Virus record (IMG/VR): IMGVR_UViG_3300042691_015921
Source: a virus
Reading direction: 5' to 3' (one strand)
DNA: 64,000 nt
Position 1 is the first letter of the stretch. Every line of letters starts with the position of its first letter. The notes below the pieces were generated by a model, which saw only the letters and a list, made by a program, of their open reading frames with translations, was not told where the DNA came from and made no database searches. Both the position numbers and the translations under genes were made by a program. Below, piece after piece: positions 51,485 to 62,432 of this stretch.

Positions 51485-51512
51485 ATTCTACCACAACCTT
51501 ATCGACCGTCAA
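51485..51512 (-). promoter_or_regulatory. promoter TTGACG-N16-TAGAAT for the double-T-arm RNA
   Basis: -10 ends 6 nt before the RNA 5' end. Confidence 0.8.
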
Positions 51513-52864
51513 CTCTCGTTGTCTTGAAAGAACTTGTCAAAATCTGGTTGTGTTCCCGGCCGCAACCGCCAATGAGTTACTCCCCAATTTCCAAAATCAT
51601 CTTTACCTATATGATATGGACCACCTTCGTATTCGGTCATTATGGGCGTTGGATCATGGGATAGATGGTATTTTTCACACCATTCCTTGTTCTCTCTATG
51701 GATATGACCGTATCCATCATACCCGCTGACGCACAAAAAGTCAACATCCGCACCTTCCGGTGGAAGTTGTTCTGTAACTGGAATCCACCGCAAGGCGGAT
51801 TCTAGTTCTTTTACTTTTTGTTCTGATTTAGCTAAAGCGTCACACCATTGTGAAATTTTGCTACGGTAATTTACGCAGCGTTCCATTACTAATTTTACGT
51901 CCGCGTCTGAATAGTTACCTTCTTTGATGTTTTTAATTGCTAGATCTAGACCAAATGATTCACTCATTTTCAGCCTCTTTTGCTTTACGTTCTTCTTCCA
52001 GCCTCTGCCTAACTTGTTCCTTCAACGCCTCAAATTCTTCCGGTGTCATAGGACAATTTGGGCATTTATCTATTGGCTCTGACGGACCATTGGACTCCCA
52101 TTCTGATCCACAACCGCTGCAAATTGTAATAGTGCGGCGTGGCACTTCTGGCTTTATAGTGCGTTGTTCACACCCAGACAATACCAATAGAAAGATAGCT
52201 ATCAATTTTTTAATATTCATCCTAACCCCTGTCTTTCAAAAGTTGGTTTAATCTTACGATTTCATCAGACTGATCACTATACATCTTCCCTATTTTCTCA
52301 AGCAAATGTTGTATATCTTCATTAGACATCGCCCAGCAATTACATTCATCTCCTGCTGCATCATTGGCACATCCATCCTCTGATAATGGACAAGAATACC
52401 ATGGATCTTCACAGGTATAATGACCTCTATATGCGAGCTTTTTAAGTTGATTTAGTAGTTCAATCACCTGTGTTCTCCCACAACTTGTATAGACTCTCTG
52501 AAAACTGTGCGAGCCATTCCCAGTTTTCTTCTGAAATTGAACTATCATCGTATCTATCCATTTCCTCACGGATCTTTTCCCCTTCATCTGATTCGTCCTT
52601 ACCATCTTTGATAAGTTGATGAAGTTGAACAGTTAGTTCGACCATACGCTTAAGATTGTTAGTATTCATTTGCGATATTCCTGTGCTAATTTTTGTATAT
52701 CCACACATTTCCTGTGATTTTCTCTTTCCCATTCAAGCTGGTTGTTTAGCCATCCAATAGCAGCAAGTAACTCGTCCCGATTCAACTCCTCAGAGGGAAC
52801 GCCGAATAATTCAAATTCTGTCTTATGGGACTTCACCCAGTCTAAAGAAATTTCCCTCACTTGT

Positions 52865-53323
52865 TCATTCATCAAAAAAAGCCCTCACTATCGTTACAGC
52901 ATCATTCAAATTATTTACTTTGTATCCACACATAGCGAACATCATAGAGTGAGAATGAACATTATTTACTCCATCCTCTATAATAAGCACTACTGGAATA
53001 TGTTCGTGATAAGCCCACGCAACTTCGAACATAGTGCCAATACTAACCTTTGTAGCTCCTAAAAGGTTAACAATTATAATATCTGAATTAATAACATCAG
53101 AATGATCTCTCGTCAAGATCGCGGGACCGCCACTCAATATACCCTCAACGTTTGTCGCAGATATATCTTTACAGTCTTGCAAGTAATGCTTACCTCGCAT
53201 TGGACTCAAGCACTTAACATTATTCGTTATTGACTTGACTTTTGCTATAAAATCATTTCGCCAATCCGTTGCTCCACCATAAGAACACGAAGTAATCGGT
53301 CCTGCTAAATAAACCCTATTCAT
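52865..53323 (-). CDS. nucleoside 2-deoxyribosyltransferase-like protein
   Basis: VYLAGPI, WR, D...SD, SIGTMFEVAWA. Confidence 0.85.
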   Translation of the reverse strand: MNRVYLAGPITSCSYGGATDWRNDFIAKVKSITNNVKCLSPMRGKHYLQDCKDISATNVEGILSGGPAILTRDHSDVINSDIIIVNLLGATKVSIGTMFEVAWAYHEHIPVVLIIEDGVNNVHSHSMMFAMCGYKVNNLNDAVTIVRAFFDE

Positions 53324-53739
53324 AGTAGTCTCCTTTTATTTATAAGCTCTGCTAATCGTAATAATATCCCACCTATTCATCTTTTTAGTTTATCTTCCAT
53401 ATTGTTAAGTCTCACATGGATCGTAGTTATTTCTTGTCTAAAGCTTTTTAAACTATCTCCGTGATCAATGATAGTTATCATCCTCCACGCCGCTCCAATT
53501 AATGAAAGGACGATAGAAACCACTATAGCAATTATACCAATCTGTTCTAAAACTGAATGAGTCATTTGAGTTTCCCCTCTATGTTGCTAATTCTTTCTGA
53601 TAGCTCGTTAGTGCCTTTTATCAGGAGGTCACAATCATATCGAAGATCAGATATGAATTCATGTCGATATATCTCTGCCACGATTAAAGCCGCTAATCCA
53701 AGCACTATTGTTAGCATTCCGATAATTTGTAAAATTGAT

Positions 53740-54231
53740 TCAATCATTCGACGCCCCCTTCGCTTTAGGCGTCGAACGGGCGAGAATGCCGTCTACGAAA
53801 TCGGCTTCCCTGGAAGTGTCTGTGGCCGTGGCTTCGTCACCGTTGCGGTATTGCTGATTCGCCAATTCACGGAGCTTACGGGCGGCAAAAGCCATCGCCT
53901 CACGCTCCTCCTCCGTCAGCCACGGTGCGTCGTAGAGGGGGAGTGCATCTTTGTCTTTCCACTTGGCAAGCCGCTCGTCTGTCGTCACTTCATACTTGTC
54001 ATGCCATCGACTGCCGTCAAACCAAGGTTCGCCTTTGTATAACCACGCCACCGACTCCGCGTTGCTTGCAGACTTATTATGATTTTCTCTTTCCCATTGA
54101 AGCTGATTATTCAGCCAACCAATAGTGGCGAGTAATTCATCCCTACTCAATTCCTCTGATGGAACACCAAATAGTTCAAATTGGGTCTTGTGTGAGTTTA
54201 CCCACTCCAAGGAGATTTCACTATCAGTCAT
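53740..54231 (-). CDS. chimeric hypothetical protein
   Basis: N-terminus near-identical to 52666..52875; C-terminal half GC-rich. Confidence 0.65.
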   Translation of the reverse strand: MTDSEISLEWVNSHKTQFELFGVPSEELSRDELLATIGWLNNQLQWERENHNKSASNAESVAWLYKGEPWFDGSRWHDKYEVTTDERLAKWKDKDALPLYDAPWLTEEEREAMAFAARKLRELANQQYRNGDEATATDTSREADFVDGILARSTPKAKGASND

Positions 54232-54899
54232 TTGTTTCTCCGTTTTTCAATTTGCATTCCGATTAATACTCCAACGCCAATTAGCGTTAATGCTGTTGGC
54301 AATAAATAGGATAATGGAAAATACATAAATAAAGCCAGAAAGAATAGTAGTATATTTTCAAAAAACTCATTCATTTGATTTCTCCTATGAGGTAATCTTT
54401 CTATACAAAAGCGGGGCCGGATGTTGACACCACTTGGTTTTAAACACTTCTTCACCAGCATCATTAATCACATGCTCAATCGGCGTGATTATATGCACAG
54501 CTTCTCCTGTTTCAGTATCACACCACACGCAGAATTCTAGTCTGATTCCATTAGTGTCAAATACGTCATAACTACAATGTTCTGGAACCTTGAGAATCAT
54601 GTCATTCATCCCCTTGGTATATCTTATCATCACCCTCCAATACCTCGCTTCCGCACCATTCACATTTATGCTTTTCCCAAGGGTATAGTGGACGAACAGG
54701 TTTAGCATAATGTTTAACCAACCAGTCAATTTGGCCGGTCTGAATACGAATACTGGAATCTATATTCTGTATACTTTTATTAAGGCTAATCAGATTAGCT
54801 GATAAATACTTAATCTGTACACCTATACCAAGTAACAATATGGTTGCCAAAATCCACAGAAATTTTGTTATTAAGGAATCAAATTCTGCGTTTGTCATA

Positions 54900-55559
54900 T
54901 TATTTATTCCTAGCGATAAAAGAGCGAAGTGAATTCGCAGACTCATAAAATTGAGCATAGTCAAGTCTATCGGCAATACGAGATAATTGGTCTATATCTT
55001 CTTTTGTTATAGTATATTTAGGGCCAGAATAAAGAGGAAAATGTTCCCATCCCTCATGTTCTGGAAATATTCCTTTGGCAAGTTCTTCTGTAGAACAACA
55101 TGACCATACTAGATCGACTTTATATTGAGTATCTTTTGTATTTCGTACACCCCAAGTAATTGGAGTGGAAGAGTTTTTAATCTCTTCCAACTCTTTCTTT
55201 ACCTGTTCATACTTTCTCCTCAAGTCATAAACAGTACCACTAGCAATTCGTGCGGACTCACAAGCTGCTTTCCAGTCTTCCGCTTTTTCTCTCTTTAGTT
55301 CTTCGATAACTTTATTTTGTGCGGCAATTTCAATATTCGCTTGGTGAACATCGCGGCGTGCCCGGTCGAGATCGTCGTCGTATTTTTGGTTAGCCGCGTC
55401 ATTCACAGAATGGAAAAGACGCTCAAACGAATCTCGCTCGGCAGTGAGACTAGCGATTTGAGCATCGCGTGCCTGTAAAGTATCCCGCAAGATGCAAAAC
55501 TGGGAGTCCCATTGTCTGTCCTCTAGTTTCCCATCAGTATTATATCGTGGTTCAATCAT
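54900..55559 (-). CDS. coiled-coil hypothetical protein
   Basis: heptad-rich N-terminal half with a GC-rich patch. Confidence 0.6.
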   Translation of the reverse strand: MIEPRYNTDGKLEDRQWDSQFCILRDTLQARDAQIASLTAERDSFERLFHSVNDAANQKYDDDLDRARRDVHQANIEIAAQNKVIEELKREKAEDWKAACESARIASGTVYDLRRKYEQVKKELEEIKNSSTPITWGVRNTKDTQYKVDLVWSCCSTEELAKGIFPEHEGWEHFPLYSGPKYTITKEDIDQLSRIADRLDYAQFYESANSLRSFIARNK

Positions 55560-56072
55560 TTTTAATTCTCTCCTCTAGATCGACAATCTTACGCCTATCC
55601 TTAGACCACTCCATTACAGCCTCTTCCATAACATATTTTATATCTCCAATTTCTGGATAACCATTCATCGTTGGAGCCTTGAGTCTCATAAGCATATTAC
55701 GTAAAGCTACATATGCTGATGTTGGTTCGATATTATCTTCTTGTCGATGCTCGGCATCGTACTGCATCTTTTGAAAATTTCTCTTAGTCATCAGTTAACT
55801 CCCGCCGCCTGGAAATAAGACCTCATATGATCCCGGTAAGCTTCTGAATAGCGAAGCGGACAGGCCATGCCATCATCAACCCGATTCTTTGGTACGATAA
55901 AATATCCGTCATCATCCTTGACTATAACAGACCCCTCTGGAACTGAGACAGACAAAATATCTTTATCGTTGACCACCATATCACTAGTAATTCCATATGG
56001 AGTCTTTGTGGTAATAATTCTACCCGACTCATGCTTCCTGGCCTTAAATCTATTCTTCGACATATTGTTTCC

Positions 56073-56501
56073 TCAAACTGTAAAAATTTTGTTAAATGAA
56101 GACCCAAAAGTATTCCGGTCAATACTCCAATAAACCCGGTGCAAACCAACAGCGTCTAGAATCTTCTGACAATTATCACATGGTTTGCTCAATAAAATCT
56201 TTCCCTGACGATTAATCCTGAGAACAACAATGGAAAGATCGTCGTCAATCTCATTATATCTGTCCAGAAGTTTAGAAACAAGATGACTTTCCGCGTGAAT
56301 GTAAGGAAACTCTTTGTAGGTCTGGATATTAAACCGCTTTCCCATTTTATATGCCTTGGAGTTAATCTTGATAGGATTATTCTCGCAGACAAGAATGGGC
56401 TTTTTACCGCTAAAAGCAATAGCATAGTGATAACGTCGCTGAAACTCATTCGGCGTGAAAGTATCGTAACTCAACTTAATAGCTTTGTCAATAATTTTCA
56501 T
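56073..56501 (-). CDS. zinc-dependent deaminase-fold protein
   Basis: IHAE, SKPCDNC. Confidence 0.8.
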   Translation of the reverse strand: MKIIDKAIKLSYDTFTPNEFQRRYHYAIAFSGKKPILVCENNPIKINSKAYKMGKRFNIQTYKEFPYIHAESHLVSKLLDRYNEIDDDLSIVVLRINRQGKILLSKPCDNCQKILDAVGLHRVYWSIDRNTFGSSFNKIFTV

Positions 56502-57979
56502 TTGGTTGCCAGAAGGTAAAGACCAACGTTGCTAAAGGCATACCCAGCGTATGCCATGCTCATCCCGATATTGCCCTTATATCCCTGCTCAAAAGATACA
56601 TACAGATAGATCGCCCCGGTTAAAAGTATTAGATTACCGCTCATACTGCCTCCTGTACAGTGAGAAGTGGATAAAGTTCCTGATATTTTTTGATAGCTAA
56701 ATCTTTTTGTTTGATCTCAAAATCTAGACCGTAAGTATCGATTGGCTGAGTGGCATAGTCTGGAAACTATAATCCTGATCTTTTAATTCCAGAGAGATAC
56801 AGCAGAGGCCGGGCTTATTCATCACCAAATTCCTTTTTGAGATCTTCGTAACACTTGCGTCGATATGTCTTATTCTGTTCTTCAAGTTTGATACGAGTAT
56901 TGTATTCTTCGTCTGTTTCAAGTCGTTCCTTGGAAACGTGAAATTCTCTATCGTCCGGTCCATAATAGTCACAAGTAATGTCTGTCCATCCCTCTTCTTT
57001 ATATTTTTGAAGCATAGAAATTACACTATCGATACTTTTTTCAAAGTCTATACGGTGATAATTTCTTTCTGTTCTCATTTTCTTCATGTTATTATCCATT
57101 CTGGTTTACGTTTTTCATATCTACAAGATATCTAACATACCAACGACTACCATCTTTGCATATTACAAAGCTGGCATTCAAATTGAGTTCGACCTGTTCT
57201 TCAAAAGCAAGGAGTTGTAGCACCAGTCTTCTATTACTAGCCAAAAATATACGATCTGTTCCCTCAATGGGATCACCATTTTTATTGGTTTTCCATCCGG
57301 CGTATTGTCTCGTCATAATTACAGAACAGTCCATTCTGGTTTGGGTTTGCCTTTTAATTTGACGCTTTTCTTCGCTTTAGAGCATAGCTTGGCTACTGCC
57401 TCTACGCAAACTTTTGCTTCCTTGAGTGTATCACAGCATCCCTCGTTTGTCAACTCCTTTGCGGAATGGAGATACTCAGGAGAGTAATCTAATTCAATAT
57501 GGTCTTTTAAACAGCCGTCAGCTTTGTATGTTTGCTCACTCGTTCGCGGCACATTAAAACAACCAAAACAAACCCGGTCATAATTTCTGCCGTCAACGAA
57601 TGGAGAGGTTTTGTGAGCTTTGGTATATATAAGAGTTTTTTGACCACAGATATCACACTCTATTGTTTTTGACACTAAAGAGGTTCTCCTATTTCAAAAA
57701 AATAATGACTATCCTCTGGATCAACAATGACCACACTAAAATGTATATGGTGAAATTTGTGCTTCTTCTTAATTGACTTGCATAATTCTATGAATCTATT
57801 ACTGTTGAAATAATTAAAAGCTCCCATATACACATGAGCCTCAAATGCCCATCCTCCGCAATGATCGTCTACTTTTAGTAGAGGGGAATGATCTCCTAGT
57901 CTTAACCAAGTATTTAGTCTATCTATAATGAACCTATGATCCAGAATATCGAGGGTCACTATGACGTTTGTTATGCGGC

Positions 57980-58438
57980 TCATGATTCTACTCTCCCGTC
58001 TGGATAAAACACTTTAACTGGGACGTTTCGTTTAATCGCATAATCATAATAAGTATACCAAGTTCCACCTTTTGACTTACGCTCATTATCCATAGGCACT
58101 ACTATTAGTAGATCACTACTGTCAACAATATCCCGATTACGAGCGAAGTGAGTTTTTGCTGTTAGAATTCTATCTGATTTATGGAATGCTCTCAATGATT
58201 CATCGACTGGTGGGTGACTAACAGTAAATTGATTGAGATCTTCTGCAATACTTGCAATCTCTACATCAACTCCTATGCAGTCTCCATGATGTAGTATAAA
58301 ATTCACCGGTCCTAGCTCATGTAGAAATTTCTTAACATTATATGTCTGAGTCTCATTCATCCCATTGCGAGTTCCTGTGACCCCTATGTATGGGACTATT
58401 GTTTCTGCACGAAAATCTTCTAGATTTGACTCTCTCAT
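57980..58438 (-). CDS. SLOG superfamily (DprA-like) protein
   Basis: IGVTGTR, HHGDCIGVD, ARNRDIVD, GGTWYT. Confidence 0.8.
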   Translation of the reverse strand: MRESNLEDFRAETIVPYIGVTGTRNGMNETQTYNVKKFLHELGPVNFILHHGDCIGVDVEIASIAEDLNQFTVSHPPVDESLRAFHKSDRILTAKTHFARNRDIVDSSDLLIVVPMDNERKSKGGTWYTYYDYAIKRNVPVKVFYPDGRVES

Positions 58439-58645
58439 TTTGGTTTCTCAATTAGTGAGAGAGTTACACCCTCGTGCAAAATAACAAAAGGGATATCTAT
58501 ACCAGCCTGTTTTTTAAAGTCCGCAAATCTTTGACTCAGAGCCTTTATTTCTAATTTAGTCATATAATTAGGGACGGTTATTACAAAAAGCAGAGGATTA
58601 TCTGATTCATATAAAGAGGTCTTGATATTTTCCCAACCATAGTTG

Positions 58646-58975
58646 TCATTTTCCATCGAATTTCTCCTTTAGCTTAAGGTATCTATTGTATTCAGCCTTT
58701 TCTTGTTCCTCTTTTTCCTTTTTCTTACTCGCTCTGACCTTTTTATTTAACTGCATTCTCTTTTCATATTCCTCGTCTGTTTCCAGTCGGGAGGTATAGA
58801 CAACAAAGTATTGTGTATCACTATCCCCATAGACTAATTCAAGTTTAACCTTGTTTGTACCATCTGAAAGATTCACCCAGATATTTTTGAGATATTCTAT
58901 CGCTGATTCTATTGATCCCTCTAGAGAACCCAGACTGATCTCGTCGTACTTTTCTGTTATAAATATTTTCTTCAT
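58646..58975 (-). CDS. hypothetical protein, paralog of 56815..57099
   Basis: shared RLETDEEY..R motif; ATG at 58975 with AGGA RBS. Confidence 0.7.
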   Translation of the reverse strand: MKKIFITEKYDEISLGSLEGSIESAIEYLKNIWVNLSDGTNKVKLELVYGDSDTQYFVVYTSRLETDEEYEKRMQLNKKVRASKKKEKEEQEKAEYNRYLKLKEKFDGK

Positions 58976-59033
58976 TTGTGCATCCTTTAAAAACTCCTGG
59001 GGTGGCATTGCTGCCACCCCAGGGTTATTGATC

Positions 59034-59930
59034 TCACACCCAAACCCTGTAGTTTTCGTTATCATCCTCCCAATCGGGGTCTTCCTCGTCCTGCTCGTCC
59101 TCGTCCTCATAGTCTGGGTCTTCCTCATCCTCGTCCTCGTCATACGAGAACTTCTCGCTATACAGGGGGCGATTCAAAGCACCCTGATACTCGGCAGCAA
59201 CCTCGTAGTTGGTTACACGAACCTTTTGACAGTTCTCGTCAAGGGGGACGCTCACAACATCCTGCGGATTAACCTTAACGATAACAATCTTATCACAACT
59301 GTTAGCGTGTCCCTCAACGTACTTTAGAGAACCAACATGAAGACCCCCGGAGCATCCAACGCTTCGATTATCGTCAACCCTAGAGCGACTCATGCTAGGA
59401 CAATCCCCGACATTATTACGGTATGATCTGAGGGTGTACTTATCCACGAAATCTCCATCATTTACCGTCTTGCCGTTCTTATCCACAAAGCTTTCTCCGT
59501 GATAAACGCTGACTGCCTTGTAAGCAAGAAAGTAACCGTCTTCCGTAATCGGGAGATTCTCATGCTCCAAAAAGTCATACAGTTCACGCTGACTCTGCAT
59601 ACTTGGATTCTGCATAAGATTCTTAAGGAAATTAACAAGAGGCTGGAACGGAAGACCGTTCTTCATGAAATCAAGAAGACGTTTGGTGATTGTACTATGG
59701 ACCTCCTCTCCATCATAGAAAACCACACCATTCTTGACCTCAACAGAGCCGTCACTAAAGCTGGCAACGGCACTCTGAACATCGATCAGATTAAGCATGG
59801 TGTCTTCGTCTGCCGTATGGAGAGCCTCAACAATCGACTTGTAGTTGAAATGATCCTTAAGAACTTGGTAGCTCTTGTTCTTAAGAACAACCGTCAAATT
59901 ACCATCAACAATCATGAACGGAACACTCAT
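59034..59930 (-). CDS. rIIB: rIIB-like protein
   Basis: NPS..S..ELYDFL, ITEDG.FLAYKAV, CSGGLHVG, VNPQDVVSVP. Confidence 0.88.
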   Translation of the reverse strand: MSVPFMIVDGNLTVVLKNKSYQVLKDHFNYKSIVEALHTADEDTMLNLIDVQSAVASFSDGSVEVKNGVVFYDGEEVHSTITKRLLDFMKNGLPFQPLVNFLKNLMQNPSMQSQRELYDFLEHENLPITEDGYFLAYKAVSVYHGESFVDKNGKTVNDGDFVDKYTLRSYRNNVGDCPSMSRSRVDDNRSVGCSGGLHVGSLKYVEGHANSCDKIVIVKVNPQDVVSVPLDENCQKVRVTNYEVAAEYQGALNRPLYSEKFSYDEDEDEEDPDYEDEDEQDEEDPDWEDDNENYRVWV

Positions 59931-59969
59931 CGTAGTCTCCTTTTTAGTAGTAAAGCTGTCTGTGTGTGA

Positions 59970-62084
59970 TTATACCGGAAGAACGTTGTCTGTCAACACC
60001 TGATTTTCCACAAAATCAATATAGTCTGAAATTTTCTGCTTATTAGATCCATCAATCCAATTAAGTGAGACAAGACTAAGCATAGGATACTTGTCCATTT
60101 CATTCCGTAGCGGAATTTCAAACTCTGCCTTCTTATCAAATCCCTCACGATCTTCCATAAGGTTAGAAAGTCCGAGACAATCACAAGCATTCATGATCTT
60201 CTTACAAATATCCATATTCTTCTTAAGACTCTCGGCCTTCTCCTGATAATCGGCAACGATCTGCTTTGCCCTGTTATCAGTAGAGGTATTCAAAATAGCA
60301 CTGTGAAGGTGAGTAAAACCGATAGACGGGGCATGACGCATATCATAGATATCATCCTTGTAAGTGGTGAAAATATCCTTCACCATATCAATGAAATACT
60401 CCGGGCCTTCCCAATTATCTCGACTTTCAAGCTTTCGGCTTGCCACCGTAGACTCTGGCACGAAAATAAACTTCTTGTCAAAGAAACGATGCCGATAGCA
60501 AATGATAAGCATCTGCTTGATCACCGAAATACTAATCGTCCTATTGTTAATAATTACGTCCTGAGCGTAACTACCCCTCGTCTTCCTAATGGGAATATAA
60601 ACAGCATCTTCTTCCTTAACGCTCAATCCGCAGGTCTTAAAGCTTTCGGAATACTGGTCAAAATACTCCACCAGACCATAGGTTCGATCAGCAACCGTGT
60701 AGGACTGCTTCTCTGGCTTTGGCATGGAGGAAACAAGAATCACATCCTTGCGAGTTGCTCCACCAAGAATATCATAGAATGCACAATCGTCAACAGTCTC
60801 ATTCTCTGCGAGAGTATAGACGTAGACATGCCCGCGATTATTATCCTTGAGATACTGACGAACCCGGCCAACTCCTCCTCGCTTCAAGTCATCAATTGCG
60901 AACACTACATTCTCGCCAAAATGAACAGTCAGAAGATCGCGGTCAATATTGATCTTGCTACGAAAGTTAGACTTAGAAGCAGACATTACAATCTTCGTTC
61001 CGGTGGAAACGCTATTCATGCCCATAGAATCAAAAAGCTTCATTCCATTCCACATCATAGAATCTTTAAGTTGAGAAGTAACTTGCCTAACAGAACTACA
61101 ACGGTCTTGAATCTCCACGTACTTTTTACGAGCAAGGAAAAGAGATGGCTGGCTAGAGATAGACGTTTCAATGCTATTCTTAATATCCTTCATGATATGA
61201 ATAAGCATTTCATGAAGCTTCGCCTTAGTCTGTGGATTGAAAGACAGACTCTCTCGGCTAGGAGTAAAGTCAACATCTCCAATATTCACATACATAATCA
61301 ACCCACGAAGATTGTAGCAGAAAATACTAACAGAATCATCCTCAAACATGCGGCTGAGTTCACAGTTATCAACGTTATAAGGAACCTGTCCCATCACAAC
61401 ATAGTTATCGGCCATGTCATGAAATGCCCACTTACCATCATTATCAGAAATGATAGGCTCAGGCATGTTCATATTAATGTTAGCATTGACAATAGGCTTA
61501 ACCTTCCAATACTTATAGAATTCACCAGCGATGGTATGAAACTTGCTAATGTCTCCAGACCGGACTGGCACAGAAACCTTAATACCATTCGGCTCATCGG
61601 TAGAAGAGGTTTCCATCTTCACGAACTGATAATCTCCCGTTGTATCCTTGAACCCGGAGTAAATCCGCTTTTCTCCGTTCAGATAGGCTTCCACGGTGAA
61701 ACTGTTCGAATAGGCAAGAGGACTCTTGCTTCCAAGACCAAGACAGCCGAGAAGATCATTGCTCTCAGTCTTTGTGCTTTTAAAGAAGGTGGTGTAGAGA
61801 ATCATGCACATATCGTCAGTCATGCTGATTCCAAAATCACGCACATAGAAATACGGCTCAATTGCAGTAGGAAGGTGGACTTCAAACGGCTTGTCCGCAC
61901 ATCCCGCGTCAACATGGGCATCATACGCATTGGTAGAAAGTTCACGAATAACGGCAAATTCCTTGTGGGAATACATGTCATTAGACAGAACCATAAAAGC
62001 TTTTGCCGATCCTTCAATGGAATAGCTTTTCGAAACAAGACCAGCAGACTTCTCAACGCTCGACCCGGCAGAATACATCTTCAT
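59970..62084 (-). CDS. rIIA: rIIA-like protein with GHKL/Hsp90-type ATPase N-terminus
   Basis: YS.K.AVIRELSTNAYDAH, RDFG.SM, STK, G.LGLGSKSP, PSRE.L; upstream of rIIB. Confidence 0.88.
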   Translation of the reverse strand: MKMYSAGSSVEKSAGLVSKSYSIEGSAKAFMVLSNDMYSHKEFAVIRELSTNAYDAHVDAGCADKPFEVHLPTAIEPYFYVRDFGISMTDDMCMILYTTFFKSTKTESNDLLGCLGLGSKSPLAYSNSFTVEAYLNGEKRIYSGFKDTTGDYQFVKMETSSTDEPNGIKVSVPVRSGDISKFHTIAGEFYKYWKVKPIVNANINMNMPEPIISDNDGKWAFHDMADNYVVMGQVPYNVDNCELSRMFEDDSVSIFCYNLRGLIMYVNIGDVDFTPSRESLSFNPQTKAKLHEMLIHIMKDIKNSIETSISSQPSLFLARKKYVEIQDRCSSVRQVTSQLKDSMMWNGMKLFDSMGMNSVSTGTKIVMSASKSNFRSKINIDRDLLTVHFGENVVFAIDDLKRGGVGRVRQYLKDNNRGHVYVYTLAENETVDDCAFYDILGGATRKDVILVSSMPKPEKQSYTVADRTYGLVEYFDQYSESFKTCGLSVKEEDAVYIPIRKTRGSYAQDVIINNRTISISVIKQMLIICYRHRFFDKKFIFVPESTVASRKLESRDNWEGPEYFIDMVKDIFTTYKDDIYDMRHAPSIGFTHLHSAILNTSTDNRAKQIVADYQEKAESLKKNMDICKKIMNACDCLGLSNLMEDREGFDKKAEFEIPLRNEMDKYPMLSLVSLNWIDGSNKQKISDYIDFVENQVLTDNVLPV

Positions 62085-62131
62085 TTCCTAATCTCCTGAC
62101 AAGTGTTTGTGTGTGCCTTAACGACTCGCCT

Positions 62132-62159
62132 ATCCTACCATCCTATCGTCTGCTGTCAA
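62132..62159 (-). promoter_or_regulatory. promoter TTGACA-N16-TAGGAT upstream of rIIA
   Basis: family consensus. Confidence 0.7.
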
Positions 62160-62432
62160 GTTGGTCTTGAATTTTTTCCCAACCCCTATGCCTAGACTTG
62201 GAAGCCATAGGCCAGCCCCCACCACATTTGTCCAACATCCTCAATTGTTGATGGATTTTCCGATGAACTTCTCCATCTCTAACAATTTCACTCCAGAGAA
62301 TATCCCTGGTTTCTACAGCAACGGTCGCAACCATAACCCCTCCACCACTTTGTGGACGAGTAACGATTGTATAGCCCGCACAAGCACGGTCAATCTCTTT
62401 TTTCGTTATCGTAATTTTCTTTGACATAGCTT

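Larger units (their letters stand above)
33361..58656 (-). other. dense array of short hypothetical early-type phage ORFs
   Basis: dozens of 60-170 aa ORFs with ATGA overlaps, GGAG RBSs and repeated strong promoters. Confidence 0.8.

Noticed and set aside
59070-59145. (TCC/TCG)n-like low-complexity repeat
   Set aside because: Encodes the acidic tail of rIIB; the overlapping N-terminal extension of ORF 58646-59143 is an artifact
60303-62099. 598-aa plus-strand ORF
   Set aside because: Antisense shadow of rIIA caused by codon bias; no motifs
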